This document shows positions 49,875 to 60,500 of a stretch of DNA of 64,000 nt, in pieces. The number at the start of each line of letters is the position of its first letter. The stretch's first letter is position 1. The notes under the pieces are model-generated. The model was not told the DNA's origin and ran no database searches. It saw only the letters and a list, made by a program, of their open reading frames with translations. Origin of the DNA: Myxococcota bacterium. Its GTDB lineage: Bacteria; Myxococcota_A; UBA796; UBA2385. Made by a program: the position numbers and the translations under genes. The DNA lies in NCBI GenBank assembly GCA_044344255.1, contig JBIJDH010000011.1, forward strand, positions 128,001-192,000, given 5' to 3'.

Positions 49875-51262
49875 CCGGCCTCGGTGCGCCGGGCGGCCCA
49901 GGCGTCGGGGCGGAGCTCGGCGGCGAGGCTGGTGCCCGGCAGGGCCTCGGCGGCCCGGATCTGAGACTTCGGCACGAGGCGGGCCACGACGGGCGCGCCC
50001 TCCTCGGCGGGGAGCTGGACCTTGACGAAGGCGGCGTCGGCCCAGAGGATGCGCCCCTCGATCGCCGCCCCCTCGGCGAGCGTGAGCCGCGCGTGCACCT
50101 CGCCCACCGGCTGGGTGAACTGGCTCGTAGACTCGACGAAGAGGGCGTCGAGGGCGTCGAAGCGGCGCTCGATTCGGGCGGCGGCGGCGAGCGCGAGGGA
50201 GAGGTCGGCCGTCGAGACCTGCACCTCGGCCCCCTCCTTGCGGGCCCGGCGAACGGCGCGGAGGGCGGCCTCGTTACAGAGGTGCTGGAGCAAGGCGCCC
50301 GAGGCCCCCGGCGTCTCCCGGGCGAGGCGGGCGAGGTCGACGTCGGCCCCGAGCTGCTTGCCGCGGCAGTGGATCTGGAGGATGGCGAGCCGGGCCTCCT
50401 CATCGGGGTGGTCGAGGCTGAGGCGGACGTCGAAGCGCCCCGGGCGGAGGAGGGCACGGTCGAGCACGTCGGAGCGGTTGGTGGCGGCGATGACCACCAC
50501 CCGCGAGGTGGGCGTGAAGCCGTCGAGGCAGACCAGGAGCTGGTTCAGCGTCTGCTCCCGCTCGTCGTGGGCGGTGCCGAGGCCCGAGCCCCGCCGCCGG
50601 CCCACGGCGTCGAGCTCATCGATGAAGATGACGCATGGAGCTGCCTTCTCGGCCTGCGCGAAGAGGTCGCGGATGCGGGCGGCGCCCACGCCCACGAACA
50701 TCTCGACGAACTCGCTCGCCGAGATCACGAAGACGGGGACCTCGGCCTCCCCGGCCACGGCGCGGGCGAGCAGCGTCTTGCCGCCGCCCGGCGGCCCCTC
50801 GAGCAGCACCCCCCGCGGCAGGCGGACGCCGGCGCGGGTCCAGCGCTCGGGGTGGCGGAGGAAGTCGACGACGTCGGTGAGCAGCTCCTTGGCCTCGGCG
50901 TGGCCGCCGACGTCGGTGAAGCGCGTGGTCTCGACGCCCGGCTTGAGCTGCCGCGCGTTGGCCTTGCGGAGGTCAAAGATGGTGCGCCCGGCCGCGCCGC
51001 CCTGCTGCTGCTGGCGGCGCCGCAGCACGAGCAGCACGACAATGACGATCAAGCCACCGCCCACCGCGAAGGCGACCGGGACGCTCGGGCTCGGGCTCGA
51101 GCGGGCCGTCCCGATCGGTACGTCGACCTCGAGGATGCCCTCGTCCCCGTAGATCTCCCCCTCGTAGACATCGTCTTCGTCCATGGCGCCGAGCGTCACG
51201 AAGACGGCGAGCACCAGCAGGAGCAGGGCCCAGAGGAGGAAGGTGCGGCTTCGGGGTGTCAC
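49871..51262 (-). CDS. FtsH-like membrane AAA+ ATPase lacking the M41 protease domain
   Basis: Two TMs; [42 protein letters not shown]; no HExxH; GTG start inferred. Confidence 0.85.
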   Translation of the reverse strand: MTPRSRTFLLWALLLLVLAVFVTLGAMDEDDVYEGEIYGDEGILEVDVPIGTARSSPSPSVPVAFAVGGGLIVIVVLLVLRRRQQQQGGAAGRTIFDLRKANARQLKPGVETTRFTDVGGHAEAKELLTDVVDFLRHPERWTRAGVRLPRGVLLEGPPGGGKTLLARAVAGEAEVPVFVISASEFVEMFVGVGAARIRDLFAQAEKAAPCVIFIDELDAVGRRRGSGLGTAHDEREQTLNQLLVCLDGFTPTSRVVVIAATNRSDVLDRALLRPGRFDVRLSLDHPDEEARLAILQIHCRGKQLGADVDLARLARETPGASGALLQHLCNEAALRAVRRARKEGAEVQVSTADLSLALAAAARIERRFDALDALFVESTSQFTQPVGEVHARLTLAEGAAIEGRILWADAAFVKVQLPAEEGAPVVARLVPKSQIRAAEALPGTSLAAELRPDAWAARRTEAG

Positions 51263-51326
51263 GGGCGGCAGCGTAGCGCAGGACCGCGCCGCTGGGCATC
51301 CCTGGACGCCGGACGGATTTCGGCCC

Positions 51327-52184
51327 ATGATCCGAGGCCCTCCGGGAGCGCCCTTGGTCCTCGCCCTGCTCGCCCTCAGCCTCCCCGCCCTCGCCTGGGA
51401 GCCCGTCTTCGACGCCGCCTTGGCCGGCTCCTATTGGTCGAGCGGCCTCCGGCTCAACCTCTCCCCGGGGCTACAGCAGCCCCTCTGGAACAAGCCCGGA
51501 GACCTGCTCTTCGCGGACACCTTCCTCCGCACCGACCTCGCCGTCGCCGCCACCCCCTCCTACGTCCGGGCGGGACCGCGGGTGCTCTTCGCGCCGATCG
51601 CCGTCTTCAACCTCGAGCTCAGCGCGCTCGGCTCCCGCTACTTCGGCACCTTCACCTCCGTGGTGGGCTTCCCCGAGCCCGACGCCGTGCCCGACGCCGC
51701 GGCGATGGAGGCCGCCGTCGAGGCCGGGCAGCGCGGCACCGCCTGGCAGACCCGCGTGGGCAGCCTCGCGACCCTCCAGGGCAAGGTGGGGCCCGTCGTG
51801 GCCGTGCTCCTGTGGGACCAGGCCCACTGGGACACCTGGCCGAGCGAGGAGGTGGTGGGCGACTACCTCTTCGAGCCCGAGGCGAGCCTCATCATCGCGC
51901 GTCACGACGACACCTGGGGCCTCAGCAGCCTGCTGCTCTACCAACACCGCCTGGGCGAGTGGACGGCGCGGGCCGGCCTCTACGAGAACCACCTCCGCAG
52001 CATGACCACGAAGGACGAGCTGCTGCGGCTCGGCCCGGTGGTGCAGCTCACCGAGCCCGAGGGGCGGTGGAGCTACCTCCTGCTCGTGCAGGCCCACCTC
52101 GTCGAGCGGAGCTGGGAGGACCCCTTCCCCCCCTTCATCGCCGCGCGGGCCGCCTACGTGTGGAAGCCGCCGCCGATGCCCTGA
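51327..52184 (+). CDS. Hypothetical exported/outer-membrane protein
   Basis: Signal peptide (LPALA-W), amphipathic beta-strand pattern. Confidence 0.65.
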   Translation: MIRGPPGAPLVLALLALSLPALAWEPVFDAALAGSYWSSGLRLNLSPGLQQPLWNKPGDLLFADTFLRTDLAVAATPSYVRAGPRVLFAPIAVFNLELSALGSRYFGTFTSVVGFPEPDAVPDAAAMEAAVEAGQRGTAWQTRVGSLATLQGKVGPVVAVLLWDQAHWDTWPSEEVVGDYLFEPEASLIIARHDDTWGLSSLLLYQHRLGEWTARAGLYENHLRSMTTKDELLRLGPVVQLTEPEGRWSYLLLVQAHLVERSWEDPFPPFIAARAAYVWKPPPMP

Positions 52185-53173
52185 GCGCCGCGCACCCCGC
52201 GCCCCTGCTCCCCCGCTCCGGCGCGCTCGGCGACCATCTCCCGCAGGGCGGCCTCCACCGGGCCGGGGCTCCAGCCGAGCTCATCGCGGGCCCGCGCCCC
52301 GCTGCGGTAGCGGACGAGGCTCATCTGCTCGAGGGCCCCGGAGATCGGGCCGAGGCCGGGGAGGCGCCGCAGCAGACGGGCCGTGCGGGAGGGCAGGGGC
52401 AGGACGAGGGGATGACGCCCCATCAATCGAGCGATTCTGACAATAACATCGGCGTAACGAAGGTTCTCCGCGCCGAGCAGGTACCGCCGGCCCGACTCCC
52501 CGTGCGTGTACGCGAGGATATGGCCGCGGCCCACATCCTCGACGCCCACGAAGCACTTGCCGCCCGGCGGCGCGGCGATGACGGGGAGGCGGGCGGCCCG
52601 CAGCAGCGGCCCGGTGACCACGCCGCCGACGTCACCCGGCCCCACCACGTAGTCGGGGTTGACGATCCAGCCGCCGGCCGCGGTCACCAGGGCCTCGGCG
52701 GCGAGCTTGGTGGCCCGGTAGGCGGCGGGTGTCCCCCGCAGCGGGGTGCGCGGGTCCTCGCTCGGCCCCTCCTCGACGCCGGGCTGCAGCGCATCTCCGA
52801 AGCCGGTGGTGATCGAGGAGGAGGTGTAGACCACGGGCAGGCCGAGGGCGAGCACCGCGCGGGTGCCCTCCACGTTGAGGCGCTGCATCCGGGCCTCGCC
52901 GCCCGGCCGGTCGTCCCAGACCCCCGCCACATGGAAGACGAGCCCGACCCCCTCCGCCGCCTCGCCGAGGCCCTCCGGCAGGCCCCGACGGAGGTGTCGC
53001 ACCCCCGCCGGCCAGCGCGGGTGCGGCGGCGCGGGATCGAGCACCACGACCTCGACGCCCGCCGCGCACAGGGCCCGGACGACGCCGTGGCCCACGAAGC
53101 CGGCCCCCCCGGTGACGAGCGCGCGGGCGGGGAGGGGGCGGGGGCTCGACAGGGGGCGGGGAGGGGGCGTCAT
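52154..53173 (-). CDS. NAD-dependent epimerase/dehydratase (HpnA/DFR-like)
   Basis: LVTGGAGFVG, FHVAG, NVEGT, YTSS, YRATK. Confidence 0.9.
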   Translation of the reverse strand: MTPPPRPLSSPRPLPARALVTGGAGFVGHGVVRALCAAGVEVVVLDPAPPHPRWPAGVRHLRRGLPEGLGEAAEGVGLVFHVAGVWDDRPGGEARMQRLNVEGTRAVLALGLPVVYTSSSITTGFGDALQPGVEEGPSEDPRTPLRGTPAAYRATKLAAEALVTAAGGWIVNPDYVVGPGDVGGVVTGPLLRAARLPVIAAPPGGKCFVGVEDVGRGHILAYTHGESGRRYLLGAENLRYADVIVRIARLMGRHPLVLPLPSRTARLLRRLPGLGPISGALEQMSLVRYRSGARARDELGWSPGPVEAALREMVAERAGAGEQGRGVRGAQGIGGGFHT

Positions 53174-54168
53174 GCCCGCCCCCGGCGGTCCCAGCGCGCG
53201 CCGGCCTGAAAGGCCCGCGACCGGCTGAGGTCATCGAGGATGAGCCGGATGGAGCGGGCGGTGTCGGGGTCCGGATCGAGGCGCTGCGCCGCCTGGAGCT
53301 GCTGGTAGGCGGTGGGGACCTGCCCGCTGTGGAGGTTGTGACGGGCAGAGGCGAGGAGCTGCTTGGCCCGCTCCTCGGTGGGCGTGCCCGGCCTCGGCCG
53401 ACCGGCCCCCTCTCCGAGCCCGAGGCCGGTGAAGCGGACGAGGCCGCCGAGGGCGAGGCCGCCGAGGAAGCCGCCGACGTGGGCGACGTGCGCCACCGCG
53501 CCGCCGCCGGTGCCATCGGCGCTGAGCAGCATGGGGACGAGGTTGTCCCAGAGGAGGTAGACGACCAGCACGAGCCGCGCCGAGACGTTGAAGACCCGCA
53601 CGAAGATGGGGAAGAGGAAGAGGAGGATCCGCACCGTGTTGTGCGGGAAGAGCACGAAGTAGAGGCCGAGCAGGCCGGAGATCGCGCCCGAGGCCCCGAC
53701 GAGCGGCACCTCGGGGGAGGTGGCGACGGCGGCATAGCCGAGGGTCGCGAGGGCGCCGGTGAGCAGGTAGGCCAGGAGCGCGGGGAGGCGCCCCAGCCGG
53801 TGCTCCACGTTGTCGCCGTAGATCCAGAGGAACAGCATGTTCCCGAAGAGGTGCAGGAGCCCGCTGTGCATGAACATCGACGAGAACAGCGTGAGCAGGC
53901 GGGGCTCTGCGGGCCGGAAGCCGAACTGGAAGACCGCGAGGTCCCAGGCGGTCACCGAGATCTGGGCCGAGTGGAGGTCGAGCTCGGGTGCGCGCTGCTG
54001 GAGCGCCTCCAGCCAGCCGGAGAATGCAGGATCAAACGGATCTACCTGCACACCCGACAAGGGGAGGGTGTAGACGAGGTAGATGAGCACGTTGGCGCCG
54101 ATCAGGCCCCAGCTCACCCAAGGGGTGTACCCGGGGGGGTTCGGCGCGTCGCCGATCGGCAGCAGCAT
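53170..54168 (-). CDS. Rhomboid family intramembrane serine protease
   Basis: SMFMH...HLFGNMLFLWIYGDNVE, VGASGAISG, AHVGGF. Confidence 0.93.
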   Translation of the reverse strand: MLLPIGDAPNPPGYTPWVSWGLIGANVLIYLVYTLPLSGVQVDPFDPAFSGWLEALQQRAPELDLHSAQISVTAWDLAVFQFGFRPAEPRLLTLFSSMFMHSGLLHLFGNMLFLWIYGDNVEHRLGRLPALLAYLLTGALATLGYAAVATSPEVPLVGASGAISGLLGLYFVLFPHNTVRILLFLFPIFVRVFNVSARLVLVVYLLWDNLVPMLLSADGTGGGAVAHVAHVGGFLGGLALGGLVRFTGLGLGEGAGRPRPGTPTEERAKQLLASARHNLHSGQVPTAYQQLQAAQRLDPDPDTARSIRLILDDLSRSRAFQAGARWDRRGRA

Positions 54169-54309
54169 GGTCGACCTCGACAGAAGGCGGTCTCGGAGAG
54201 CTAACGTCGGGTGGACGTGTCAGCGGACCACCTCCTCTCCACCCGAAAGCCCCGGAAAGGGCCTCGGCAGGCGACGGGATATGCGCACGACCACCCCCGG
54301 GGTCTCCGC

Positions 54310-55431
54310 ATGGCCTTCTGGTCTCCCAAGCCGGTCTCTCCACCTCCGAGCCCCGATCCCACGAATTGCAGCTTCTGCGGCAAGGAGCGGATCGCGGTGA
54401 AGAAGCTGATCGCCGCGCCGAAGGTGGCGATCTGCGACGAGTGCGTCCGACTGAGCCAGGACATCCTCGATGAAGAGGCGCTCGGCGCGCTGCCCCCGCC
54501 GCCCGAGAGCGTCAACCAGCTCCGCGGCCCGCTCGACCGCGCCGTCGTCGGGCAGCCCGCGGCCACCCGGGCGGTGGCGGTCGCGCTGTTCCGCCACCTG
54601 CGCGGGCTCAGCCTGAAAAGCAAGGAGCCGGCGAGCCGCGCTCCCCGGCTCCTGCTGATCGGCCCGCGGGGGAACGGGAAGTCCACCCTCGCGCGCGCGT
54701 TGTGCGCGGCCGAGCTCAGCGGGCTCCCCGCCTACCACGCAGACGCCAGCGCCCTCTCCGAGACCGGCTACGTCGGAGAGAACGTCGAGAACCTCTTCGG
54801 GGCGCTGCTCGGGCGGGCGCCCAACGATGAGGTGGGGCGCCGCGGCCTCCTCGTCCTGGACGGGCTCCACCACCTCGTGCGGCAGCGGCCACCGGAGGGC
54901 ACCCGGGACGTGTCGGGGCGGGAGGTCCAACGCGACCTCGTCCGCCTGCTCGACGGGCTCTCGCTGCAGCCCACCCGCGGCGGCCCCCGACACCCGATGA
55001 ACCCCCAGCCGCTGGTGTCGGCCGATCGGCTCTTCGTGATCGCCCTCGCCACCTTCGAGGTGGAGGCCGACGACGAGCAGGGCCTCCGCGCGCGCCTGCG
55101 AGCGGCCGGCCTCGTCGACGAGCTGCTCAGCCGCTTCGATCGGATCGTGCTCATGCCCCGGCTCGACTCCCCGAGCCTGCGCCAGGTCCTCCAGCGCGCC
55201 CTGACGGAGCTCAGCGCCGAGTTCGCCCCCCTCGGCGTCCCGATCGAGGCCGCAGGCGGCGAGGAGCGCCTGATCGCGGCGGCGCTCCACTCCCCAGACG
55301 GCGCCTACGCGCTCCAGCCTCCCCTCGCCCGCCTCGCCGAGCGGGCCCTCCTTGAGGCGCCCCGCCGCTGGGCGCTCGACGACGCCCTGGCAGAGGCGCT
55401 GCTCCAGCGCGAGCCCCCCGTCGGGGGCTGA
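54310..55431 (+). CDS. Degenerate ClpX-like protein
   Basis: ClpX zinc finger CSFC...ICDEC, GPRGNGKS, GYVGE and RDVSG, but altered Walker B and sensor II and no IGF loop. Confidence 0.8.
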   Translation: MAFWSPKPVSPPPSPDPTNCSFCGKERIAVKKLIAAPKVAICDECVRLSQDILDEEALGALPPPPESVNQLRGPLDRAVVGQPAATRAVAVALFRHLRGLSLKSKEPASRAPRLLLIGPRGNGKSTLARALCAAELSGLPAYHADASALSETGYVGENVENLFGALLGRAPNDEVGRRGLLVLDGLHHLVRQRPPEGTRDVSGREVQRDLVRLLDGLSLQPTRGGPRHPMNPQPLVSADRLFVIALATFEVEADDEQGLRARLRAAGLVDELLSRFDRIVLMPRLDSPSLRQVLQRALTELSAEFAPLGVPIEAAGGEERLIAAALHSPDGAYALQPPLARLAERALLEAPRRWALDDALAEALLQREPPVGG

Positions 55432-55460
55432 GCCCTGCGGCCTCTCCCCCCCAGGCGCCC

Positions 55461-57062
55461 TCAGCGGACGCCGTGCGCCACCACCGCGCCGCCGCCATTA
55501 CAGGCATCCGAGGCCCCGCCCTCACACTCCCCGTTGGTGCAGCTCAGATCCAGCGTGGCGCCGCCGAAGAGATCGCCCGAGGCGTCGTAGACCCCGTCCG
55601 GGGCGTTGACGTCGGCCCCGGAACCGAGCGCCACCGCGCTGAAGGAGAGGTCCGTCGAGCAGCCGAAGGTGACGAGGCCGCCCACGCCGGTCGAGGTGTT
55701 CCGGCTGAAGCTCCCACCAGACTGGGTCCAGCTACCGCCCTCGAGGGTCACGATCCCAGACAACGGCGACGAATTGTCCGAGAAGGTGGTGCCCGACACC
55801 GTGGCGGAGACCGCGCTCGCTCCGAACATGTACCAGGCTCCCCCCATATACCCGGCGTAGTTATCATCAAATGCGCCGCCGCTCACCGTCACGTTCACGC
55901 CCGTCGTGGCCAGCGCGCCCCCGTTGGTCGGCGCGGAGTTGTTGGAGAAGGTGACGTCGGTGAGGGACAGGGTCTCCGTCCCGGAGAAAGAGAGGACGTA
56001 GATCGCTCCGGCCATCGACGAAGCGGTGTTCGACACAAAGGTGGTGTTGTCGATCGAGACCGCGCCTGGGGAGTTGAAGAACGCCGCCGCGCCGGCGGTC
56101 CCGCTGTTGGTGCTGAAGGTCGCCCCGGAGATGCTCGCCGAGCCGCCGGACATGAAGAGCGCGCCGCTGTTCCCTCCGCTGGCATTGCCGGAGAGCGTGG
56201 TGCCGTCCACGGAGAGCGCGCCCCCGAACATGGTGATCGCCCCATAGCTGCCCGAGTAATTGTCGGTGATGGAGCCTCCGTTGATGTTGATCTCAGAGGT
56301 CCCGGTCCACATGCCGGCGCCATCCTGACCGGAGATGACGGAGTCATTCATCTCGAAGCTCGCATCGGCGGGGAGGTTGACCCCCGTCCAGCCGTCCACC
56401 AGCTCCACACGGTGGAGCGCGACATCCGAATCCGCACCTCCGTAAACCGCGCAATAGCCGCCGGTCACCCGGATGTCGGAGACGGTCGCGACCGAGCTGT
56501 CCGCGATCCAGATCCCATAGGCGTCCGCGTTCACCCGGAAGGTCGTGTCGTCGCCCCCTTCGATGGCGCTCTCACCGCTCATGGTGATGGCGACCGGCCA
56601 TTCTCCGCCACAGACGCGGAGGGTCGCGTCCACGAGATCGATCACGGCGGGGGCCTCGTCGGTGGCGGCGTCGAGGGTGGCGGTCATGTCGACCGGGTCG
56701 GCGCCGTCCGCGAGGAGCCAGTGGCCGCCGTCGTCCTGGCCATCGCAGTCCTGGTCCACACCATCACACCAGAGCTCGGCCGCCCCGGGGTGGATGGTGG
56801 GGTCGCCATCGTTACAATCATCGGCCTCGAGCACGCCGTCGCCGTCGGCGTCCACGTCGACCGGGTCGGTGTCGGCGTCCGCGTCGCTGTCGGCGTCGCT
56901 ATCGGCGTCCGCGTCGCTGTCGGCGTCGCTGTCCGCATCCGTGTCGGCGTCACCCTCTTCTGCAGAATTCCCCGAGCTGTCTTCTTTGTCACCACAGGCG
57001 GCGAGCGACAGGGACAGGGAGAGAGAGGCAACAAGGGAAAAGGAGAGCGAGGCGAGGCGCAT
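55461..57062 (-). CDS. Surface lipoprotein with Asp/Ala/Ser linker, MopE-type Cys/Asp motif and POMP-like beta-helix repeats
   Basis: Lipobox LAAC; DADSDADADADS linker; DCNDGDPTIHPGAAELWCDGVDQDCDG; repeated FxxN and GGA motifs. Confidence 0.85.
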   Translation of the reverse strand: MRLASLSFSLVASLSLSLSLAACGDKEDSSGNSAEEGDADTDADSDADSDADADSDADSDADADTDPVDVDADGDGVLEADDCNDGDPTIHPGAAELWCDGVDQDCDGQDDGGHWLLADGADPVDMTATLDAATDEAPAVIDLVDATLRVCGGEWPVAITMSGESAIEGGDDTTFRVNADAYGIWIADSSVATVSDIRVTGGYCAVYGGADSDVALHRVELVDGWTGVNLPADASFEMNDSVISGQDGAGMWTGTSEININGGSITDNYSGSYGAITMFGGALSVDGTTLSGNASGGNSGALFMSGGSASISGATFSTNSGTAGAAAFFNSPGAVSIDNTTFVSNTASSMAGAIYVLSFSGTETLSLTDVTFSNNSAPTNGGALATTGVNVTVSGGAFDDNYAGYMGGAWYMFGASAVSATVSGTTFSDNSSPLSGIVTLEGGSWTQSGGSFSRNTSTGVGGLVTFGCSTDLSFSAVALGSGADVNAPDGVYDASGDLFGGATLDLSCTNGECEGGASDACNGGGAVVAHGVR

Positions 57063-57599
57063 GGGAGGCTCCAATCTGCGTTCAAGGCCAGCATCCGCTG
57101 ACCCTCCCTGGATAGGACATCCGCGTCTCCCTGCCATCCCTCACACTTCCCACAGGCCCACGGTGACGGGGTGGCTCCCCAAGGGCGGGGACGCCCCACC
57201 TCGCAGCTCCGCGCCGCCATCTCGGCGTCGGCGGGGCGCTCGAGCCGCGCCGCGCCGATCTCCGTCTCCACGCGCTCGATCTCGAAGCTCAGGAGCCCGC
57301 CGCCGCACGTCGAGGCCGCGCCCTCCTGCGACCTGTGGACGCTGTGCATCCGGCAGATGAACTCCTCCCCGAAACGGTCGACGATGTCCGACGACCAGGC
57401 GGGGTCGACGCGGCTCCCGCAGTGAACTGACGGTGGGCACGGAGGGCGACAGGGAGTGATCCATCATCAGCCGCAGTGGAGCCGGGGATGGCGGTCTCGA
57501 TGGCGGCGTTGACCTGGCCGTGAATGGACATGGCTTGCTCCGCTTGATTCAGGAGGTTTGAGAGCGCGGAGCCAACCCGGCCGGGCGCTCTGTCCCGCC

Positions 57600-60500
57600 T
57601 CAGGTCCGACCGCGCCGTCGCGCCAACTGAGAGGCGTAGATCCGCCGCAAGAAGTCGTACAAGACCAGCTCCGTCGCCCGCTGAGCGCCACGTAAGAGGC
57701 GGTTGGCCTGCATATGGAGGTAGCTCGCCCCGAGATCTTGGATGGTCACGCAGAGCTGGCCCTGCCGAGCCGCGGCCCGCAGCTCCTGAACGATCGGGGC
57801 CAGGCGGAGGGACCGCGCTGCCAACAGAGAGAGCCCGGGCGCCAACGCATCGTCTCCTGACCCGGAGGGATCCCAGAGCAAGTCAAGACCTGGCCGCTGG
57901 GCGCGATAATTGGCGTCGAGCTGCCGCTCGAAGGGGGGCGTGACGCCAAACTCCTCGGCGAACCCGCGCCCAATCGCCACCACCAGCGCTGACTTTTCGG
58001 GGATGCTGAGGCCGATATCGTTGAGCAGGAGATCCATTCCGCGCAGGGCGAAGCGCCACCGCAAGTCATTGCCCTCATCACCGGACAGGAGCTCCACAAT
58101 CCCGAGCGCGGCCTCGCTGTCGGCCTCGAAGAGCCGCTCGGAGAGGGCCATCCCGACGGGGCCACCGTAACGCTCGACCTCCCGCTCGTAGGTGTCGAGC
58201 TGGAGCCGCCAGACCTGCCCACCCTCCAGGAGCGGCGCGACACACGCATAGAGGGCCGGGGCGATCTGCTGCCACAAGAGCCCTGGTTCTGCCTCGATGC
58301 GGAGGCGCAGATGCCAGTCGGGGTCACCGTACCGAATGAAGAACCAACGCTCGGCCCCCGCTTCCCGGGCGAGCTCCGTCAGGGGACGCACCACCCGCCG
58401 GAGCACCTCATCCGCCGTGGCGGTGCCGGTGTAGAGCTTTGCGTAGAGCCAGCGCGAGCCCGGAGCAAAGGCGCGCGGGAAGAGGTGGAGCGCCGGGCTC
58501 TCTCCCGGCCGGGTCACCCGCGGGGGGCTCCCGGTCGGGGCCGTCGGGCCGACCGCGGCGGCATCAGGGATCACGGGGAAATCAGGGATCACGGGGACAT
58601 CAGAGGTCACGAGGAAGGGGACCACCAGCTCATGCGTAAAACGACCCTCCGAACCCTCACAGAGCAGCTCGTCATAGGCCGGAAAGACCTCGCGGAGCTC
58701 GACCTCGGCCCCCTCCTCGAGCAGCGCCGCGAAGGCCTCCACGCTCAGAACATTGTCGAAGTCGATGGGGAGCGTGTTGTCGCCTTGTCCGAAGAGCAGG
58801 CGACACGGGAGGGCGCGCTGCTTCCGGAGCTCCTGGGCGCGCAGGAAGCGCTCATCCCCCCTCGCGAGGCGCAGTGGCCGGACTTCGGAGGGCTGCAACA
58901 CCCAGGTCGCGAGGGAGAGCACCAACCTCCCGTGAGAGACCCGAGGCAGGAAGGGCGCTCTCGCTAACGATCCCCAGCTCCAGCAGAGATTGTACCCGTC
59001 GCTCCGTAAGAGGCACAGGAGCTGGTAGAGGCCCAGGTCGGCGCCAGCAAAGTCGTGGGTGTTCGCCATACGGGGGATGATGGTTCGATTGAGCCGCACG
59101 GATCGCAGACGCACCCGACCGCCCTGCACCGAGATCATCAGATCCTGTACTGGGATCTGCGCTTCCGCCTCGGCCGCGGAGGCCCCCAGGTACGGGATCT
59201 CGTAGCGCCGCAGGCGGGGCCGGCAGATGATGTTTCCCGCGCGCCCCGCCGGCAGATGGATGATCTCTGCGAAGATCTCGTCCGGAGAGGATGCCTCCTC
59301 TTGGCGCATATGCGCCTCGACCCCGGCACGAAGCAAAGGGTCCACATGGCAGAAGCGCCCGAGCAAGTTCGAGCCCCCCGCGGAGGCCTCCAACCACAGC
59401 TTGAATCGCCCCGCGCTCGCTTCCGCCGCCGAGGGCGCCGCCACGCTGGCTCGTACGGCGATTGAGGCGGGGAGCGGCACCGGCGCCGTCACCCGAAGCG
59501 CATGGAGATCATCCTGACAAAGTATGATCTCCCTGGCACCGTCTTGGATTGCTCTGTGCATTATGCGCAATAGATGGGGATCACGCGGGTCGCCTGGGGA
59601 GGGGCGGGCCGCGGCCGGAAAGTCCAGCTTCGCCAGGAGGGGTGAGCACTCTTCCGCTCCGGCTCCGACCCCGCCGATGCCACAGTCCTCATCGAGGGCC
59701 TCCAGCAGCGGCACCTCGCGCCCCTCATACCGAGCCACAAACCTGCGCCTGAAGTCTTCGAAGGGGTCAACCGCGGGGCTGAGGCTGTGCAGGAGCGCCA
59801 GCCCCCGCCTCATCTCATCGATGAGCTCTCGCCCCAGGGTCGCCTCGAGGGCCGGCCTGGTCATGTCCACCTGGAGGAGCCGAGGCAGCTCCACCTGCGC
59901 AGGCAGCCGCTCCAGCGAGGCGGCGATACGGAGATAATGATCCGGAGGCGCACCCAGACCCCCTCTGTCGAGGTCCTCGATCAGGATGGCCGTCTCCCGG
60001 AGGATATCGGCGAATGGTCTGCTCTCTTCTGAAGCCGAGAGGCATTCGATCAAGGAGGAGATGGGCTGTGCCGCCGTGACCGATGGCTCGAGCAGAGGCA
60101 CCAGAAGCTGACTGTCGATGAGCGTATGAACGAAGGCATACGCCTCGACCAGGCTGATCTCGTCAGAGACAAGCACGGAGCAGAGCTCGTCGAAACCGGC
60201 TGTGGCGCGCGCCCTCTCTAGTATCGCCAACAGGTAGTCCGTCGGCTCCACAGAGACGAGGTGATAGCTTCGCTCTCGACCCCCACGCCATTCAACATAC
60301 CGGATCCGACCTGCGGACCCGTAGAGGCTTGTGTTCGTGGTATACGAGAAGCTGCGCCGCAGCGCGCGGTCGGCGGTCAGCGCCTCTGTGAATACACAGA
60401 GGTAGTGCATGTCCAAGCGGCTGTGGCGCCGAAGCTCGGACCGCGGAGACAAGGAGAGCACAGTTGCTGCGCCCATGGTGCCGGTGGAGGTGCCAGCGAA

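Noticed and set aside
57141..57531. Small gene(s) downstream of lanB (possible LanC remnant or BolA-like)
   Set aside because: Only short, frame-switching pieces with no recognisable motif; probably remnants, not callable.
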